Below, one piece after another: positions 14,622 through 16,054 of a stretch of DNA of 16,054 bases (positions within the stretch are counted from its first letter, which is position 1; each line of letters opens with the position of its first letter). Source of the DNA: Candidatus Sericytochromatia bacterium (lineage in GTDB: Bacteria > Cyanobacteriota > Sericytochromatia > S15B-MN24 > UBA4093); NCBI GenBank assembly GCA_036676495.1, contig JAKFCT010000009.1, positions 1 to 16,054 of the forward strand. The letters run 5' to 3'. Position numbers and translations under genes: made by a program. Below the pieces are notes generated by a model. It saw only the letters and a list, made by a program, of their open reading frames with translations, was not told where the DNA came from and did not search any database.

Positions 14622-15506
14622 TTAGCCTCCGGTGACCCGCGCGGGGGCGGGGGCCGTGTGCATGGCGAGGAGCTGGGAGAGCATGTCGCGCAGCTTGGGA
14701 CGCGGGACGATCATGTCGATCAAGCCGTGCCGCAGGAGGCTTTCGGCGGTCTGGAAATCGGCGGGAGTCTTCTGGCGAATGGTGGCCTCGATGACCCGCT
14801 TGCCGGCAAACCCGATGATGGCGCTCGGCTCGGCGATGATGATGTCCCCCAGCGTCGCGAAGGAGGCCGTGACCCCGCCGGTGGTGGGATCCGTGAGCAC
14901 GGTGATGTAAAGCCCCCCGGCCTTGCCGAAGCGCGCCAAGGCCGCGCTGGTCTTGGCCATCTGCATCAGGGAGAGGGTGCCTTCCTGCATGCGGGCTCCG
15001 CCCGAGGCGGCCACCACGATCAGGGGCTGGCGCGCTTCGAGCGCATGCTCGATGGTCCGGGTGAGCTTCTCTCCCACGACCGAACCCATCGACCCGCCCA
15101 TGAAGTAGAAGTTCATGACGGCCAGCGAGATCGCTTGACCCTCGAGGGTCGCGGTCCCGGTGATGAGGGCGTCGCCCGGCCCGCGAGCCGCCGTGGCCTC
15201 CCGCAGGCGCTGGGGATAAGGCTTGCTGTCGACGAATCCCAGGGGATCGACCGAAAGCAATTCGACGTTGGTCTCCCGGAACGAGCCAGGATCGACCAGT
15301 TGCGCGATCCGCTCGCGCGCCTCCACCCGGAAGTGGTAGCCGCACTTGGGGCAGACGTTGAGATTGTGAATGAGTTCCTTGGTGTAAAGCGGCTCGTGGC
15401 AATCCGTGCACTTCGTCCAGAGGCCGTCGGCGACCTCTCGCTTCTCGCGCTCCGTATCGACCAGGGTTGCCTTCTTGCGGGCGGCGAACCAATCCCGTAA
15501 CGACAT
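14622..15506 (-). CDS. accD: Acetyl-CoA carboxylase carboxyltransferase beta subunit (294 aa)
   Basis: GLWTKCTDC...VCPKC zinc finger, MGGSMGSVVGEK, SGGARMQEG and PTTGGVTASFA. Start MSLRDWF at 15506 after AGAGG. Confidence 0.98.
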   Translation of the reverse strand: MSLRDWFAARKKATLVDTEREKREVADGLWTKCTDCHEPLYTKELIHNLNVCPKCGYHFRVEARERIAQLVDPGSFRETNVELLSVDPLGFVDSKPYPQRLREATAARGPGDALITGTATLEGQAISLAVMNFYFMGGSMGSVVGEKLTRTIEHALEARQPLIVVAASGGARMQEGTLSLMQMAKTSAALARFGKAGGLYITVLTDPTTGGVTASFATLGDIIIAEPSAIIGFAGKRVIEATIRQKTPADFQTAESLLRHGLIDMIVPRPKLRDMLSQLLAMHTAPAPARVTGG

Positions 15507-15602
15507 TTTATATCCTCTGTATTCAGCTTCGGCAGTCAGCCCACACGGGCGTTTCAAGGGCTCCGGCCGCAGTCGGGGACCGCGCCGGGGCGCCAACGTT
15601 TC

Positions 15603-15631
15603 ATTATACGGGGGCCTTGGGGCCTTGTCTA
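15603..15631 (-). promoter_or_regulatory. Sigma70-type promoter of accD-accA
   Basis: Minus strand TAGACA (15631-15626), 17 nt spacer, TATAAT (15608-15603). Confidence 0.75.
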
Positions 15632-15692
15632 ACGGCGCCGCCGCGTGACGTGCCCCCCGCCAAGCAGAGGGAGTGCCCCGTCAGCCGGTAAG

Positions 15693-15722
15693 CTTAAAGC
15701 AGCCTTTATGCCGGCTTTACCG
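15693..15722 (+). promoter_or_regulatory. Three 11-bp-phased CTT(A/T)A repeats
   Basis: CTTAAAGC (15693), CTTTATGC (15704) and CTTTACCG (15715) upstream of the 15818 ORF. Confidence 0.4.
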
Positions 15723-15817
15723 ATTTTCGCCGCCACATCGCGATAACCTTCCTGACCTCTCTTGAGCGGCCCCGGGTCGAGGCGCCGTCAGGAAACGACC
15801 TCAGAAAGGGATGAGCA

Positions 15818-16054
15818 ATGGCGATCAGGCAGTTCTCTCAGGCATACCGGCCGGCGGTCCAAGGACTTTCGGCGGGCGCGGCGACGGCGATCCCTGCGGA
15901 GTTCAAGGCCCTCCACGCGCATCTCTTCGATCCCGGCAACATGCCCGATGGTAAATTCATCCCCCAGCCTCCGATTCACGTCCCCGAGGTCCAGTCGGTC
16001 CTGGCGGGCGGCATCGCCAAGCCGCGGGTCATCTCGATGCCCTCGCCGAACTAC
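15818..16054 (+). CDS. 5' part of an ORF running off the window; possibly an Amidase_2 N-acetylmuramoyl-L-alanine amidase
   Basis: Open frame MAIRQFSQAYRPAVQG...KPRVISMPSPNY to the window edge, after an AAAGGGA RBS-like site. PSPN(Y/F) typically opens Amidase_2/AmpD domains. No catalytic residues are visible. Confidence 0.5.
   Translation, partial: MAIRQFSQAYRPAVQGLSAGAATAIPAEFKALHAHLFDPGNMPDGKFIPQPPIHVPEVQSVLAGGIAKPRVISMPSPNY

Noticed and set aside
1976-15500. Many other overlapping ORFs (e.g. 1976-2983, 4246-5118, 5919-7046, 12510-13646, 13526-14635, 14505-15500, 14617-15492)
   Set aside because: All are antisense or alternative-frame shadows of motif-supported genes, with no recognisable domains.
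15788-15979. 63-aa minus-strand ORF
   Set aside because: Antisense to the more plausible plus-strand ORF starting at 15818, which has an RBS-like site and GC3-biased codons.
1-16054. tRNA, rRNA, CRISPR array, IS/transposase or integrase
   Set aside because: None seen. The intergenic gaps are short and explained by promoters and terminators, and there are no regularly spaced repeats or mobile-element motifs.

Overview
High-GC bacterial window. The L35 C-terminus (KLALPY) and the AccD N-terminus (MSLRDWFAARKK) look cyanobacteria-like, so a non-photosynthetic relative such as Ca. Sericytochromatia is my inference. Housekeeping genes sit at both ends: the 3' end of infC, rpmI and rplT plus an orphan rmlC on the left; accD-accA and the start of a probable amidase on the right. 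Left of centre are two uncharacterised lipoproteins and two S8 subtilases. The centre (about 5.9-13.6 kb) holds an apparently undescribed RiPP/peptide-signalling locus. It has a divergent M50 peptidase fused to an MshEN c-di-GMP-binding module and a PqqD/RRE-like domain, a 75-aa NHLP/Nif11-like precursor ending ...ELEARFVADGDGGDHC, and a radical SAM/SPASM enzyme whose three recognisable AuxI cysteines are all Ser. A translationally coupled MfnF/hydantoinase-like (ASKHA) enzyme follows. A convergent operon encodes a DxDD-bearing single-barrel class II terpene-cyclase-like protein and a PDZ-multiTM-GAF-PP2C (RsbU-like) sensor phosphatase. The two convergent operons share a GGTT(T/G)A-N14-GGGTA SigB/SigF-type promoter, which suggests a self-regulating circuit. 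All family calls come from motifs read by eye; no database search was run.
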